Below, piece after piece: positions 25,168-35,392 of a DNA stretch of 64,000 bases; the stretch's first letter is position 1; every line of letters begins with the position of its first letter. The notes beneath the pieces were generated by a model. The model made no database searches and was not told the DNA's origin. It saw only the letters and a program-made list of their open reading frames with translations. Position numbers and translations under genes: made by a program. This stretch comes from an uncultured delta proteobacterium (lineage in GTDB: Bacteria; Myxococcota; Myxococcia; Myxococcales; Anaeromyxobacteraceae). The DNA lies in the NCBI GenBank assembly GCA_963814585.1, contig CAWFDF010000013.1, positions 32,001 through 96,000 on the forward strand, given 5' to 3'.

Positions 25168-25706
25168 CCGCCCCGCTCCCGTCCGAGGCGCGAGCCGACC
25201 TCCTCGCCATCGCCCGCGCCGGAGTCGCCCACCGGCTCGGCGCCGGCCCCGAGCCCCGCCTCCCTGCCGGCGGCCCGCTCCTGGCCGCGCGCGGCGCCTT
25301 CGTCACCCTCGTGGTCGGGGGCGAGGTCCGCGCCGCCATCGGCACGCTCTCGCCCGGCGGGCCACTGGCCGCCACGGTGGCCAGCCTCGCCGCCCGCGCC
25401 GCGCTCGAGGACCCGCGCCAGCCACCCGTCGGCCCGGCCGACCTCCCCGCCCTCTCCGTCCGCGTCGCCGTGCTCGGCGAGCCACGCCCGCTGTCGGCCG
25501 GCGCGCCCCGCCCGGGCCTCGACGGCGTGGCGGTGAGCCAGGGCTGGCACCGCGGGCTGCTGCTGCCGTCGGCCGCGGCCGGGAAGGATTGGCCCCCCGG
25601 AGTGTTCCTCAAGCACGCGTGCCTCGCGGCCGGCCTGCCGGCCCGCGCGCACCTCGAGCCCGACGCCCGGGTCGAGGTCTTCGAGGTCGAGGAGTTCGGC
25701 GAGTGA
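25164..25706 (+). CDS. AMMECR1-domain protein (divergent)
   Basis: GAFVTL, AALEDPR, GLLLP and CLAAGLP motifs; ATGA overlap with the NUDIX gene. Confidence 0.8.
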   Translation: MTAPLPSEARADLLAIARAGVAHRLGAGPEPRLPAGGPLLAARGAFVTLVVGGEVRAAIGTLSPGGPLAATVASLAARAALEDPRQPPVGPADLPALSVRVAVLGEPRPLSAGAPRPGLDGVAVSQGWHRGLLLPSAAAGKDWPPGVFLKHACLAAGLPARAHLEPDARVEVFEVEEFGE

Positions 25707-26752
25707 TCACCGCACTGTCCATCATCGCCGCGATCCTCGCGGTCTCCGGCCTCATCGTCCTCCACGAGGCGGGCCACATGTGGGCCGCCCGCTGGCTCGG
25801 CATGCGCGTCGAGCGGTTCAGCGTCGGCTTCGGCCCGGTCCTCTGGTCCACGGTCCGCAACGGCACCGAGTACGCCGTCTCGGCCCTGCCCCTCGGCGGC
25901 TACGTCAAGATCGCCGGCATGGCCGCCAGCGAGGAGATCTCGCCCGACGACCAGACCGCCTACTGCAACAGGCCGGCCTGGCGCCGCGTGCTGGTGCTGG
26001 CCGCCGGGCCCGGTGCCAACTACGTGGCGGCGGTGCTGCTGGCGGTGGGGCTGCTCGCCACCGTGGGCCTGCCGGCGCCCGACGGCTCCTCCCGGGTCGG
26101 CGAGCTGACGCCCGGCATGCCCGGCGAGGCGGCCGGGCTCCAGGTCGGCGACCGGATCGTCTCGGTGGACGGCAAGCCCGTGGGCGACTGGTACGCCCTG
26201 GTGGCCGAGCTCCAGCGCCACCCGGGGCGGGAGGTCGAGCTCTCCATCGAGCGCGGCGATCCGGCCCGGCGCCAGCCCCTCAAGCTCACGCCCAAGGACG
26301 ACGGCGGGGTCGGGCGGGTCGGCTTCCGGCCCTTCACGGTGCGCCGCCAGCTCGGCCCGGTCGACGCGGTGGTGGAGGGCGTCTCGACCACCAACGACCG
26401 CGCCTGGGACAACCTGGTCGGCCTGGCGCAGGTGGTGAAGCGGGAGCAGAAGGCCGAGCTGGCCGGACCGCTCGGCATCGGCCAGGAACTGGTGCGCGGC
26501 GCCAGGCTGGGGCTCGACCGCTTCCTCACCATCGTCTGGAACGTCTCCATCGCGCTGGCGCTGCTCAACCTGCTGCCGCTGCCGGCCCTCGACGGCGGCC
26601 GCCTGGTCTTCATCGCCATCGAGGTGGTGACGCGGCGCCGGGTCAGCGAGCGGATCGAGGGGATCGTCCACGGGCTCGGCTTCGCCGCCCTCCTCATCAT
26701 GCTGGTCGGGGTCACCATCTTCGGCGACCTGGCGCGCATGCTCGGGAGGTAG
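25703..26752 (+). CDS. rseP: M50 intramembrane zinc metalloprotease with PDZ domain (RseP-like)
   Basis: HEAGH, FSVGFGP, PLGGYVKI and NLLPLPALDGG motifs. Confidence 0.9.
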   Translation: MITALSIIAAILAVSGLIVLHEAGHMWAARWLGMRVERFSVGFGPVLWSTVRNGTEYAVSALPLGGYVKIAGMAASEEISPDDQTAYCNRPAWRRVLVLAAGPGANYVAAVLLAVGLLATVGLPAPDGSSRVGELTPGMPGEAAGLQVGDRIVSVDGKPVGDWYALVAELQRHPGREVELSIERGDPARRQPLKLTPKDDGGVGRVGFRPFTVRRQLGPVDAVVEGVSTTNDRAWDNLVGLAQVVKREQKAELAGPLGIGQELVRGARLGLDRFLTIVWNVSIALALLNLLPLPALDGGRLVFIAIEVVTRRRVSERIEGIVHGLGFAALLIMLVGVTIFGDLARMLGR

Positions 26753-26804
26753 TGCCCCGGGTCCCCCGCTGGGCTCGGCGCCGGGCCACCGGTAGGATGG
26801 CCCG

Positions 26805-27458
26805 ATGCCCGTGACCGTCCTCTACTTCGCCGCCGCCCGCGAGGCCGCCGGCGCCGCCCGCGAGGTCCTCGACCCCGCTCCCCCCACGGTGGGCGACCTG
26901 CGCCGCCGGCTCCTCTCGCTGCGCCCGGGCCTCGGGCCGGTGCTGGCCCGGTGCCGCGTGGCGGTGGACGGCCAGTTCGCCGGCGAGGAGGCCCGGCTCC
27001 GCGACGGCGCCGAGGTGGCCATCATCCCGCCGGTGGCGGGCGGCGCGCCGGCCTGCGCCGTGGTGGACCGTCCGCTCCGCCTCGAGGAGGCGGTCGCGGC
27101 GGTCACGGCCCCCGGGCTCGGCGGCCTGGTCACCTTCACCGGCCTGGTGCGGGACGAGACCCGGGGCCGGCGCGTCGAGCGGCTGGAGTACGAGGCCTAC
27201 GCCGGGATGGCGGAGCGGACGCTGGCCCGCATCGCCGAGGAGGTGGGCCGGAGTCACGACTGCCGGGTCTCGATCGTCCACCGGGTCGGGGTGCTGGCGC
27301 CGGGGGACGCGGCGGTGGTGATCGCCTGCGCGGCGGCGCACCGGGCGCCGGCCTTCCGCGCCTGCGAGGAGGCGCTGGAGCGCCTCAAGAAGGAGGTCCC
27401 CATCTGGAAGCGGGAGGTCTTCAGCGACGGGGCCGAGTGGGTCGGCCTGGGACCGTGA
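26805..27458 (+). CDS. moaE: Molybdopterin synthase MoaD-MoaE fusion
   Basis: ThiS/MoaD domain ending PPVAGG, fused to MoaE (LEYEAY, HRVG, PIWKRE). Confidence 0.92.
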   Translation: MPVTVLYFAAAREAAGAAREVLDPAPPTVGDLRRRLLSLRPGLGPVLARCRVAVDGQFAGEEARLRDGAEVAIIPPVAGGAPACAVVDRPLRLEEAVAAVTAPGLGGLVTFTGLVRDETRGRRVERLEYEAYAGMAERTLARIAEEVGRSHDCRVSIVHRVGVLAPGDAAVVIACAAAHRAPAFRACEEALERLKKEVPIWKREVFSDGAEWVGLGP

Positions 27459-27513
27459 ACCGCCGATTCGCGGTGACCGGTGGCCCGCGGTATCCTCGAC
27501 GGGACACGAGGAG

Positions 27514-27879
27514 GTGCACTCGGTGAAGGTGCTCATCGCCGACGACGATCGACTGATCCGGGCCGTGCTCGGAGACCTGCTGACCGAGCTCGGGCACGCC
27601 GTGGTGATGGCCCCGGACGGCGCCGAGGCGGTGAAGCTCTGCGACCGCCAGCCACCCGACCTGCTCATCCTCGACTTCCTCATGCCGCGCCTCTCCGGCC
27701 TCGACGCCCTCAAGGAGATCCGGCGGCGCCACGCCATCCCGGCCCTGCTGATCACCGCCATCAACCAGGGAAGCCTGCGCGGCGTGGACGGCATCGACCA
27801 GGTGCAAGGCCTCCTCGAGAAGCCCTTCAACCGGAAGTCCGTGGAGGCGGCCATCCTCAAGGCCGTCGCGGTGCGATGA
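27514..27879 (+). CDS. Single-domain response regulator
   Basis: VLIADDD, DFLMP and KPF motifs. Confidence 0.9.
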   Translation: MHSVKVLIADDDRLIRAVLGDLLTELGHAVVMAPDGAEAVKLCDRQPPDLLILDFLMPRLSGLDALKEIRRRHAIPALLITAINQGSLRGVDGIDQVQGLLEKPFNRKSVEAAILKAVAVR

Positions 27880-28814
27880 AGCTCTTCCGGGTCCTCTTCC
27901 TGCTGGTGCTCCTGGCGGCGGTGGCGCCGCTGGCGCTGCTGGCCCTGACGCTCCAGGCCGGCGGCGCCGACGTGGCCTCCCCGGCGCTGACGGCCGGCCT
28001 CGCGGCCGTGCTGCTGGCGCTGCTGATCTCGCTGGCCATGGCCCGGCGCGTGACCACGCCCCTCGACGAGCTGGTGCGGGGCGCCCTCGACATCGCCCGC
28101 GGCCGCTTCGGCCGGCAGGTGGTCCACGCCGGCAAGACCGAGCTCAGCGACCTCGCCTACACCTTCAACTTCATGTCGCGCCAGCTCGAGCAGTACGACC
28201 AGGACAACGTCCGGCTGTACGCGGCGCTGGAGCGCGCCTACCTGGAGACCATCCGGGCGCTGGCCTCGGCCATCGACGCCAAGGACCCCTACACGCGCGG
28301 CCACTCGGATCGCGTGGCGGCGCTGGCGGTGGAGGTCGGCCGCGAGCTGCAGCTCGACGACGCCACCCTCCGGATCCTGGAGTTCGGCGGGATCCTGCAC
28401 GACGTCGGCAAGATCGGCATCCCGGAGCAGGTGCTCCTGAAGCCGTCGCGGCTCACGCCGGAGGAGTTCGCGGTGGTCAAGAGCCACTCGGTGATCGGCG
28501 CCGAGATCGTCGACGGGGTCGAGTTCCTCAAGAGCGCCGAGCCGGCCATCCGGCACCACCACGAGCGCTGGGACGGGGGCGGCTATCCCGACGGCCTGGC
28601 CGGGGAGGCCATCCCGCTCATCGCCCGGATCCTCAACGCCGCCGACACCTGGGACGCCTGCACCTCGGAGCGTCCCTACCACCCGGCCCGCTCGGCCGCC
28701 GAGGTGCTCCCCATCATGGCCGAGCTCCGGGGCGTCCAGCTCGACCCGAAGGTCCACGACGCCTTCCTGCGCGTGCTGGAACGCCAGGGCGGGAAAGAGG
28801 TCGCGCAGGCGTGA
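27876..28814 (+). CDS. Membrane-anchored HAMP + HD-GYP cyclic-dinucleotide phosphodiesterase
   Basis: 2 TM segments, HAMP domain, KDPYTRGHS, HDVGK and HHERWDGGGYP motifs. Confidence 0.92.
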   Translation: MKLFRVLFLLVLLAAVAPLALLALTLQAGGADVASPALTAGLAAVLLALLISLAMARRVTTPLDELVRGALDIARGRFGRQVVHAGKTELSDLAYTFNFMSRQLEQYDQDNVRLYAALERAYLETIRALASAIDAKDPYTRGHSDRVAALAVEVGRELQLDDATLRILEFGGILHDVGKIGIPEQVLLKPSRLTPEEFAVVKSHSVIGAEIVDGVEFLKSAEPAIRHHHERWDGGGYPDGLAGEAIPLIARILNAADTWDACTSERPYHPARSAAEVLPIMAELRGVQLDPKVHDAFLRVLERQGGKEVAQA

Positions 28815-29440
28815 CCCGCCTCGCCATCCTCGACCTGGACGGGACGCTGCTCGACACGCTCGACGACCTGGCCGCGTCGGTCAACGTCGCGCTGGCCGAG
28901 GTCGGCCTCCCGCCGCGGCGGCGGACCGAGATCGAGCGGTTCGTCGGCGAGGGCGCGCGCAACCTCCTGTCGCGCGCCGTGGCGCCGCGGCACGAGCTGC
29001 TGGAGCCGGCCCTGGCGGCCTGGTGGGTGCACTACCGGGCTCACTGCCTCGACCGGACGCGCCCCTTCCCGGGCATCCCCGGCCTGCTGACGCGAAGCGG
29101 GCGCCGGCTGGCCGTCCACACCAACAAGCCCGGCTCGCTGGCGCGCCAGATCCTGGCCGGCCTCGGCCTGCTGGACCGCTTCGCCATCGTCACCGGGGGC
29201 GACGAGGCGCCTCGCAAGCCCGACCCGGCCGGTGCGCTGGCGATCATGCGGCGGCTCGGCGCCCGCCGCGCCGACACCGTCTTCATCGGCGACAGCCCGA
29301 CCGACGTCCGGACGGCGCGGGGCGCGGGGGTGCGGCTGGTGGGGGTCACCTGGGGCTTTCGGCCCGAGGCCGAGCTGCGCGCCGCCGGGGCTGTCACCGT
29401 GGTCGACACCGTGGCGGGGCTGGCACCATGGCTCGCGTGA
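28811..29440 (+). CDS. HAD-family hydrolase (phosphoglycolate phosphatase-like)
   Basis: DLDGTLLDT, TNK, KPDP and IGDS motifs. Confidence 0.9.
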   Translation: MTRLAILDLDGTLLDTLDDLAASVNVALAEVGLPPRRRTEIERFVGEGARNLLSRAVAPRHELLEPALAAWWVHYRAHCLDRTRPFPGIPGLLTRSGRRLAVHTNKPGSLARQILAGLGLLDRFAIVTGGDEAPRKPDPAGALAIMRRLGARRADTVFIGDSPTDVRTARGAGVRLVGVTWGFRPEAELRAAGAVTVVDTVAGLAPWLA

Positions 29441-29499
29441 GGCGCGGCGGAGCGGGCCGAAGGCTGGCCCGCGCCCCGGGAGCGAGACACCTTGGCTCC

Positions 29500-29832
29500 A
29501 TGCGCGGCCTGCTCAAGCTCGGGGTGCTGCTCGGCCTGATCGCTGGCCTCCTCTTCCTGGTGCCGTTCGGCGGGAGGACCGTCTTCGATCGCTGGCGGGC
29601 CTCGCGCGGCGTGGGTGACTTCACCGCGCGCACCTGGGCGGAGATGCGCGGCCTGCAGCCACCCGCCTCCAGCGGACCGCCGGCGGCGCCGAGGAAGGTG
29701 AAGCCGGGGAAGCCAGCGGCGGGCGCCGAGCCTGCCGCCCCGGACCAGCCCCTCGACTCGACCACCGACGCCGACCGCAAGGCGCTCGACCAGCTGCTCG
29801 ATCGGCACCTCGCCGATCCGCCGGCGCGCTGA
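29500..29832 (+). CDS. Hypothetical protein with N-terminal TM anchor and Pro-rich linker
   Basis: MRGLLKLGVLLGLIAGLLFLVPFGG.. fills the gap between its neighbours. Confidence 0.7.
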   Translation: MRGLLKLGVLLGLIAGLLFLVPFGGRTVFDRWRASRGVGDFTARTWAEMRGLQPPASSGPPAAPRKVKPGKPAAGAEPAAPDQPLDSTTDADRKALDQLLDRHLADPPAR

Positions 29833-29888
29833 GTCCGCGGCCGGAACGGGGTTGCCAGCAGAGCCGGGCTCGCGGTAAGGACACCGCC

Positions 29889-30191
29889 ATGCCCGAGACC
29901 AAGAAGAAGCCCGCCAGCAAGCCGCCGAAGGCCAAGAGCAACGGCAAGAAGACCTGCACCGTCGCGGCGTGCCAGCGCGCCTACCGCGCCAAGGGATTCT
30001 GCTTCTTCCACTACAAGAAGTGGCGCGCCGGCGAGATCGAGGCCCGGCCGACCCGCTACAAGACCTGCTCCAAGCCCGACTGCAAGAAGAAGGTGGCTGG
30101 CCACGGCCTCTGCCAGGAGCACTTCGACGCCTGGACCAAGAGCCGGAAGAAGAACCAGGGCAAGGCCGAGGCCGCCGCGGCGTCCGCCTAG
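29889..30191 (+). CDS. Basic protein with two Cys/His zinc-finger-like repeats (myxobacterial VegA-like)
   Basis: CTVAAC..AKGFCFFHY and CSKPDC..GLCQEH repeats; Lys-rich. Confidence 0.8.
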   Translation: MPETKKKPASKPPKAKSNGKKTCTVAACQRAYRAKGFCFFHYKKWRAGEIEARPTRYKTCSKPDCKKKVAGHGLCQEHFDAWTKSRKKNQGKAEAAAASA

Positions 30192-30217
30192 CGGCTCGCC
30201 GCGCCCGCCACGCTCTC

Positions 30218-30256
30218 CGCGCCCGCCCGGTCCGCCGCGGCGGGCGCATCGCTTTT
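30218..30256 (+). terminator. Putative intrinsic terminator
   Basis: GCGCCCGCC..GGCGGGCGC stem followed by a short T run, between convergent genes. Confidence 0.4.
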
Positions 30257-30264
30257 CGCGGCCG

Positions 30265-31047
30265 CTACCTGGTCGGTTCGAGCCGCCGCTCCAGCGAGCG
30301 GACGGCCGCCAGCAGCAGCTCGGCCTCCCGCTGCGTGGGCTCGGCGCGGGCGAGCAGCCGGCGCCACTCGGCGAGGATGTGCTCCGGGTTCTGCGGGTTG
30401 AGGTAGCCGGTGGCCGCCAGGAGGACGGTGAGCCGCTCCCAGAGCGCCTCCACGGAGGCGTGCCGGGCCGGGCCGGCCCCTCCCTCGGCGGCCACGACCG
30501 CGGCGCCGCCACCCCCGGCCCCCGCCCCACACGCCAGCTCGTAGCAGACCACCGCCACCGCCTGGGCCAGGTTCATCGAGTCGTAGGCCGGAGAGGTGGG
30601 GATGGTGCAGACCGCCTGGCAGAGCGTGAGCTCGGCGTCCGAGAGTCCCCGCTGCTCCTCCCCGAAGACCAGCGCCACCTCCCCGGCCTCGGACCGCCGG
30701 GCCACCTCCTCCCCGAGCTGGCGCGGGGTGAGCCGCGGGCGCCCCTCCAGGGTCCGCGAGGTGGTCCCGCAGACCCAGGTGGCCGGCCCGAGGGCGGCGC
30801 GCAGGTCGGCGTGGAACCCCGCGGTCTCGAGCAGGTCGGAGGCGTGCCGGGCCAGCCGTGAGGCCCGGACCAGCACGTCGGCCTGCACCGTCCCCTCTCC
30901 CCCTCCGCGGGGGGACCCCCCCCATGCCGGAGGGGCCACCACCTCCAGCCTGGTGAGGCCGAAGTTCTTCAAGGCGCGGGCGGCGGCGCCGAGGTTCTCG
31001 GCGCTGGACGGGCGGTGGAGGACGATGCTCACTTTTCCAAGGGACAT
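30265..31047 (-). CDS. SPOUT RNA methyltransferase, TrmJ/LasT family
   Basis: ENLGAAARALKNFG, VFGEEQRGL and SMNLAQAV motifs. Confidence 0.9.
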   Translation of the reverse strand: MSLGKVSIVLHRPSSAENLGAAARALKNFGLTRLEVVAPPAWGGSPRGGGEGTVQADVLVRASRLARHASDLLETAGFHADLRAALGPATWVCGTTSRTLEGRPRLTPRQLGEEVARRSEAGEVALVFGEEQRGLSDAELTLCQAVCTIPTSPAYDSMNLAQAVAVVCYELACGAGAGGGGAAVVAAEGGAGPARHASVEALWERLTVLLAATGYLNPQNPEHILAEWRRLLARAEPTQREAELLLAAVRSLERRLEPTR

Positions 31048-31074
31048 GGCCGCCGCGACGTATAACATCCCGGC

Positions 31075-32034
31075 ATGCTCTCCGACGCCCAGCTCCGCGC
31101 CCAGCTCCCCCACACCCTCCGCCAGCTCGACCTGCCGGCCCTCGGCAGCCTCTACCGCGGGAAGGTCCGAGACAACTACTCGCGCGGCGACCAGATCATC
31201 ATGGTCACCAGCGACCGGATCAGCGCCTTCGACCACGTGCTCGGCACCATCCCGTTCAAGGGCGAGGTGCTCTCGCGCCTCACCACCTTCTGGTTCGAGA
31301 AGGTGAAGGACATCGCCCCGACCCACGTCATCTCGGTGCCGGACCCGAGCGTCATGGTGGTGAAGCGGGCCACCCCGCTGCCGGTCGAGATCGTCATCCG
31401 GGGCTACATCACCGGCTCGCTCTGGCGCGACTACCTGGCGGGAAAGGCCGGGGCCTACGGCATCGACTGGCCCGTCGGCCTCAAGAAGGATCAGCGCTTC
31501 GACCGGCCCATCATCACGCCGTCGACCAAGGCCGAGTACGGCAAGCACGACGAGCCCATCAGCGAGGCCGAGATCCTGCGCCAGAAGCTGGTCTCGCCGG
31601 AGCTCTGGAAGGAGGCCTGCCTGGTGGCGCAGCGGCTCTTCGCCCGCGGGCAGGAGTGGGCGGCCTCGCGCGGGCTGATCCTCGTCGACACCAAGTACGA
31701 GATGGGGATCGCCGACGGCAAGCTGGTGGTGATCGACGAGATCCACACGCCCGACAGCTCGCGCTACTGGCTGGCCAGGGAGTACCTGCAGCGGTTCATG
31801 GCCGGGCAGGAGCAGCAGATGCTCGACAAGGAGAACATCCGCCAGTGGCTCATCAAGGAGCACGGCTTCTCAGGCCACGGCAAGCCGCCCGCCCTCACCG
31901 ACGACGTGCGGGTCATGCTGGCGAGGAAGTACATCGAGGTCTTCGAGCTGCTCACCGGCGAGACCTTCGAGTCGAAGGGCGGCGACGTCCAGGCCCGCAT
32001 CGAGCAGAACCTGAGGACGGCCGGGCTGCTCTAG
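31075..32034 (+). CDS. purC: SAICAR synthetase
   Basis: YRGKVRD, SDRISAFD, DTKYEMG and DEIHTPDSSRYW motifs. Confidence 0.96.
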   Translation: MLSDAQLRAQLPHTLRQLDLPALGSLYRGKVRDNYSRGDQIIMVTSDRISAFDHVLGTIPFKGEVLSRLTTFWFEKVKDIAPTHVISVPDPSVMVVKRATPLPVEIVIRGYITGSLWRDYLAGKAGAYGIDWPVGLKKDQRFDRPIITPSTKAEYGKHDEPISEAEILRQKLVSPELWKEACLVAQRLFARGQEWAASRGLILVDTKYEMGIADGKLVVIDEIHTPDSSRYWLAREYLQRFMAGQEQQMLDKENIRQWLIKEHGFSGHGKPPALTDDVRVMLARKYIEVFELLTGETFESKGGDVQARIEQNLRTAGLL

Positions 32035-32083
32035 TGCCCCGCCCCAGGAGGTGGGCGCCAGGCCGACGGGCCGGCGCCGGGCC

Positions 32084-33622
<1,539 letters not shown>

Positions 33623-33729
33623 GGCGAGAACCATACCGGCACCGACCCGTGGGTGCACCTGCAACCGGAATGCGGTGCGGTGAACTGCTCCGGGTCGGAC
33701 GTTTCCCAGTAATTTCAGTCACTTGACCG

Positions 33730-33746
33730 TTGGCCCGCCTCCTGCT
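33730..33746 (+). promoter_or_regulatory. Sigma54 (-24/-12) promoter of the hemerythrin gene
   Basis: TTGGCCCGCCTCCTGCT (GG-N10-GC); AT-rich IHF-like tract just upstream; divergent sigma54 activator adjacent. Confidence 0.75.
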
Positions 33747-33790
33747 TTCCACCAGGCCATCCGGCGCACCGCCGGCAGGAGCCAGACCAC

Positions 33791-34354
33791 ATGGACTCGA
33801 TCGAGACCCTCATGGCGGAGCACCGGCAGATCCTCTCCGCCATCGGCGCACTGGAGGCCTTCGCCGGCGAGGTCCGGCGAGGCGGCGGCGACCCGGCCGA
33901 GCTCTCCGCCTTCGTCACCTTCATCCGCGAGTTCGCCGACGCTCACCACCACTTCAAGGAGGAGGACCTGCTCTTCGCCGCCATGGTGGAGGCCGGCTTC
34001 CCCCGCGACGCCGGCCCCATCGGCGTCATGCTCCACGAGCACGACCTGGGCCGAGGCCAGGTCCGCGTGCTGGCCGAGGTGGCCGCTGCCACCGCGCCCT
34101 GGACCACCGCCGACCGCGAGCGGCTCCACGCCGCTGCCGTCGGGTACGCGGACCTCCTGCGCGCCCACATCCACAAGGAGGACGAGATCCTCTACCCCAT
34201 GGCCGAGGCCCGGCTCCCGCCCGCGCTGGCCGCCCGCGTGGACGGCGCCGCCGCGGCGCACGACGCCCGTCAGGCCGCGTCGGGCGCGCTGCCGCGGCTG
34301 GAGGCGCTGGGCGCCGGGCTGGTGGCCCGGCGTGGCGCGGTCCCCGCCGCGTGA
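33791..34354 (+). CDS. Hemerythrin (HHE) domain protein
   Basis: LMAEH, HHFKEE, MLHEH and HIHKEDEILYP motifs; AGGAG RBS. Confidence 0.9.
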   Translation: MDSIETLMAEHRQILSAIGALEAFAGEVRRGGGDPAELSAFVTFIREFADAHHHFKEEDLLFAAMVEAGFPRDAGPIGVMLHEHDLGRGQVRVLAEVAAATAPWTTADRERLHAAAVGYADLLRAHIHKEDEILYPMAEARLPPALAARVDGAAAAHDARQAASGALPRLEALGAGLVARRGAVPAA

Positions 34355-34407
34355 GCCCGGGCCGGGTCCCCCCCGCTGGCGGCGGCGTTCTGGTATCTGA
34401 TGCGCCC

Positions 34408-35214
34408 ATGACCGCCGCCGAGCCCATCACGCGCCCGCGCTCGCTGCTGCCGCAGGAGCACGGCGCCTGGGGCCAGCTGGCCATGCCCCTCCTCTCGGCG
34501 CTGCTGATTGCCGGGATCACGCCGGCCGCCCTCTGGCTGGCGGTGGCCACGGTGCTCGGCTTCCTGGCCCACGAACCCTGGCTGGTGACCATCGGCCACC
34601 GCGGGCACCGGGCCGAGCGCGAGGACGGCCCGCGGGCCCGGCGGGTGCTGTGGCGGCTGCTGGCCGGCGCGGCGGCGGCCGGCGCCGTGGGGTGCTGGCT
34701 GGCGCCCTGGCCGGCCCGCTGGGCGCTGCTCCTGCCGGCGGCGCTGGGGGCCGGCGTCATCGCCCTGGTGCTGGCCCGCCGGGAGCGGACCGTGGCGGGC
34801 GAGCTGACGGTGGTCTCGGCGCTCGCCTCCTCCGGCCTGGCCGTGGCGCTGGCCGCCGGCGCGCCGCCTCGCGCGGCGGGCGCCGCCACCGCCACCTGGG
34901 TGCTGGCCTTCGCCGCTTCGGTCTTCGCGGTGCAGGTGGTGCTGGCCAGGTCGCTCTCCCGGGGCTCGACCGAGCTGGGGATCCGGAACGCGCTGGCGGT
35001 GGCGCTGGTCGGGGGCGGCGGCGCCGCCGTGGCGGCGCTGGCCGGCCTCGGCTGGGTGGTGGCGGCGGCGGTGGCCCCCACCGGCCTGCTCTCGCTGGTG
35101 GTCTGCCTGGCTCCCTTCAGCGCCCGGCAGCTCCGCACCCTGGGCTGGGGGCTGGTGGCTTCGAGCACCGCCTCGCTGGTGGTCCTGGTGCTCGGCCTTC
35201 GCGCCGGCCCCTGA
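34408..35214 (+). CDS. YwiC-like membrane protein
   Basis: LLPQEHGAW N-terminal motif; multiple TM segments. Confidence 0.8.
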   Translation: MTAAEPITRPRSLLPQEHGAWGQLAMPLLSALLIAGITPAALWLAVATVLGFLAHEPWLVTIGHRGHRAEREDGPRARRVLWRLLAGAAAAGAVGCWLAPWPARWALLLPAALGAGVIALVLARRERTVAGELTVVSALASSGLAVALAAGAPPRAAGAATATWVLAFAASVFAVQVVLARSLSRGSTELGIRNALAVALVGGGGAAVAALAGLGWVVAAAVAPTGLLSLVVCLAPFSARQLRTLGWGLVASSTASLVVLVLGLRAGP

Positions 35215-35392
35215 TGGCGCCACTCACCTGGCCCGATCCCCGCCCAGACCAGGCGAGGGGCGCCGTGTGGGCGGCGCGCCCTGGGCCCCGGGCGGTCCTC
35301 CACCCCGCGGACGTGGCGCGTCGCCCGTCCACCACGTTCCTGGGCTAGTCTCCCCTTCGGCGGCGCGCCAGGCGGCGCCCGGAGGGTCGTCC

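Noticed and set aside
33717..33728. NorR box in the activator-hemerythrin spacer
   Set aside because: GTCACTTGAC is GT-N6-AC rather than GT-N7-AC, occurs once and abuts the -24 element; it fits an IHF-like tract better.
35214..35348. 44-aa Pro-rich ORF upstream of corA as an MgtL-like leader peptide
   Set aside because: Its Pro/Arg/Ala content is expected by chance at this GC level; there is no Pro run, RBS or attenuator structure.
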